From Octopus sinensis (Eukaryota), in contig NC_042998.1 in the NCBI RefSeq assembly GCF_006345805.1, positions 181,784,001 through 181,848,000 on the forward strand: a stretch of 64,000 nucleotides of DNA, written 5' to 3'. Every line of letters begins with the position of its first letter. Positions within the stretch are counted from its first letter, which is position 1. Made by a program: the position numbers and the translations under genes. This document shows, piece after piece, positions 63,115 through 64,000 of this stretch. The notes under the pieces were generated by a model, which was not told the DNA's origin, did no database searches, and saw only the letters and a program-made list of their open reading frames with translations.

Positions 63115-63510
63115 GACACAGGAGTGGCTGTGTGGTAAGCAGCTTGTATATTGACCACATGGTTCCGGGTTCAGTCCCACTGTGTGGCACCTTGGGCAAG
63201 TGTCTTCTACTATAGCCTCGGGCCGACCAAAGCCTTGTGAGTGGATTTGGTAGATGGAAACTGAAAGAAGCCCGTCGTATATATATATATATATATATAT
63301 ATGCATGTGTGTGTTTGTCACCTAGCATTGCTTGACAACCAATGCTGGTGTGTTTATGTCCCTGTTACTTAGCGGTCCAGCAAAAGACCCCGATAGAATA
63401 AATACTGGGCTTACAAAAGAATAAGTCCCGGGGTCGAGTTGCTCAATTAAAGGCGATGCTCCAGCATGGCCGCAGTCAAATCACTGAAACAAGTAAGAGA
63501 ATGAAAGAGA
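63115..63510 (+). mobile_element. SINE family A, full-length
   Basis: CAGGAGTGGCTGTGTGGTAAGC...GGTTCAGTCCCACTG...GGCGATGCTCCAGCATGGCCGCAGTCAAATCACTGAAACAAGTAAG. Confidence 0.92.
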
Positions 63511-64000
63511 GAGTAATGAAAAACTTGTCATTAAATTCATTATTATTTAATTAACTGAAAGAGAAGAGTATTTCGATAGGACAAATTACACATAGTCCTT
63601 ACATAGCATCTTGGACAAGTGTCTTCTACCATAATCCTGGCCTTGTTAGTGGATTTAGTCAACAGAAACTGAAAGTGTCCCACCACCACTTAACAGATGT
63701 TGGTTTATGTCCCTAAAACTTAGGAGAATCAAATGAAGCTGTGATGATTTATGTCAGAAGTAACAAGTTTCTTGCGGAGTAAAGAAGTAAAAATCTTAAT
63801 ATCTTAAGTTCTTGCCCTTCGTCCAAAAATGGTTGTGACTGTATTGCTGTAACAAAAGTACTAACACTTTATTGATTTTCCTCATTCTGAAAAGATAGGT
63901 AAGAGCCCATAACATTCAATACCTCACCACAATTAAACATACTGAACTTTCTTAAATAATTGGTTTTCATATAAGAAGCATAAACAAATATTAGTGTCCA

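Noticed and set aside
63115-63190. tRNA genes at SINE heads (also 47983, 60680-60748, 54296, 56050-56117)
   Set aside because: tRNA-derived SINE heads lack a full cloverleaf and run on into SINE bodies.

Overview
AT-rich, repeat-dense eukaryotic genomic DNA. The SINE, MITE and (TA)n repertoire points to an octopod cephalopod (inference). The only intact protein-coding gene I can support is a single-exon MAGE-domain gene (NSE3/NSMCE3-like, 44288-45067, +). The rest is mostly transposon-derived: a near full-length but broken RTE LINE with three C-terminal C2H2 fingers, mariner and Penelope remnants, three or more tRNA/RTE SINE families, Helitron-type elements and several palindromic MITE families. 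The most striking unexplained structure is a ~3.5 kb non-coding foldback (38715-42241) with two near-identical ~1.47 kb inverted arms. Each arm carries a complete type I hammerhead ribozyme core with an unusually long stem II and a loop-less palindromic stem III. Further hammerhead-like motifs of other families lie at 17.9, 28.3 and 56.5 kb, each in Penelope-type repeats abutting (TA)n tracts, and possibly at 12.7 kb. A CpG-retaining domain (~35-50 kb) sits between CpG-depleted flanks and holds the NSE3 gene and an orphan ETS-CRE promoter motif. All calls are by-eye pattern recognition with no database searches, and TE boundaries are approximate unless a TSD or TIR is quoted.
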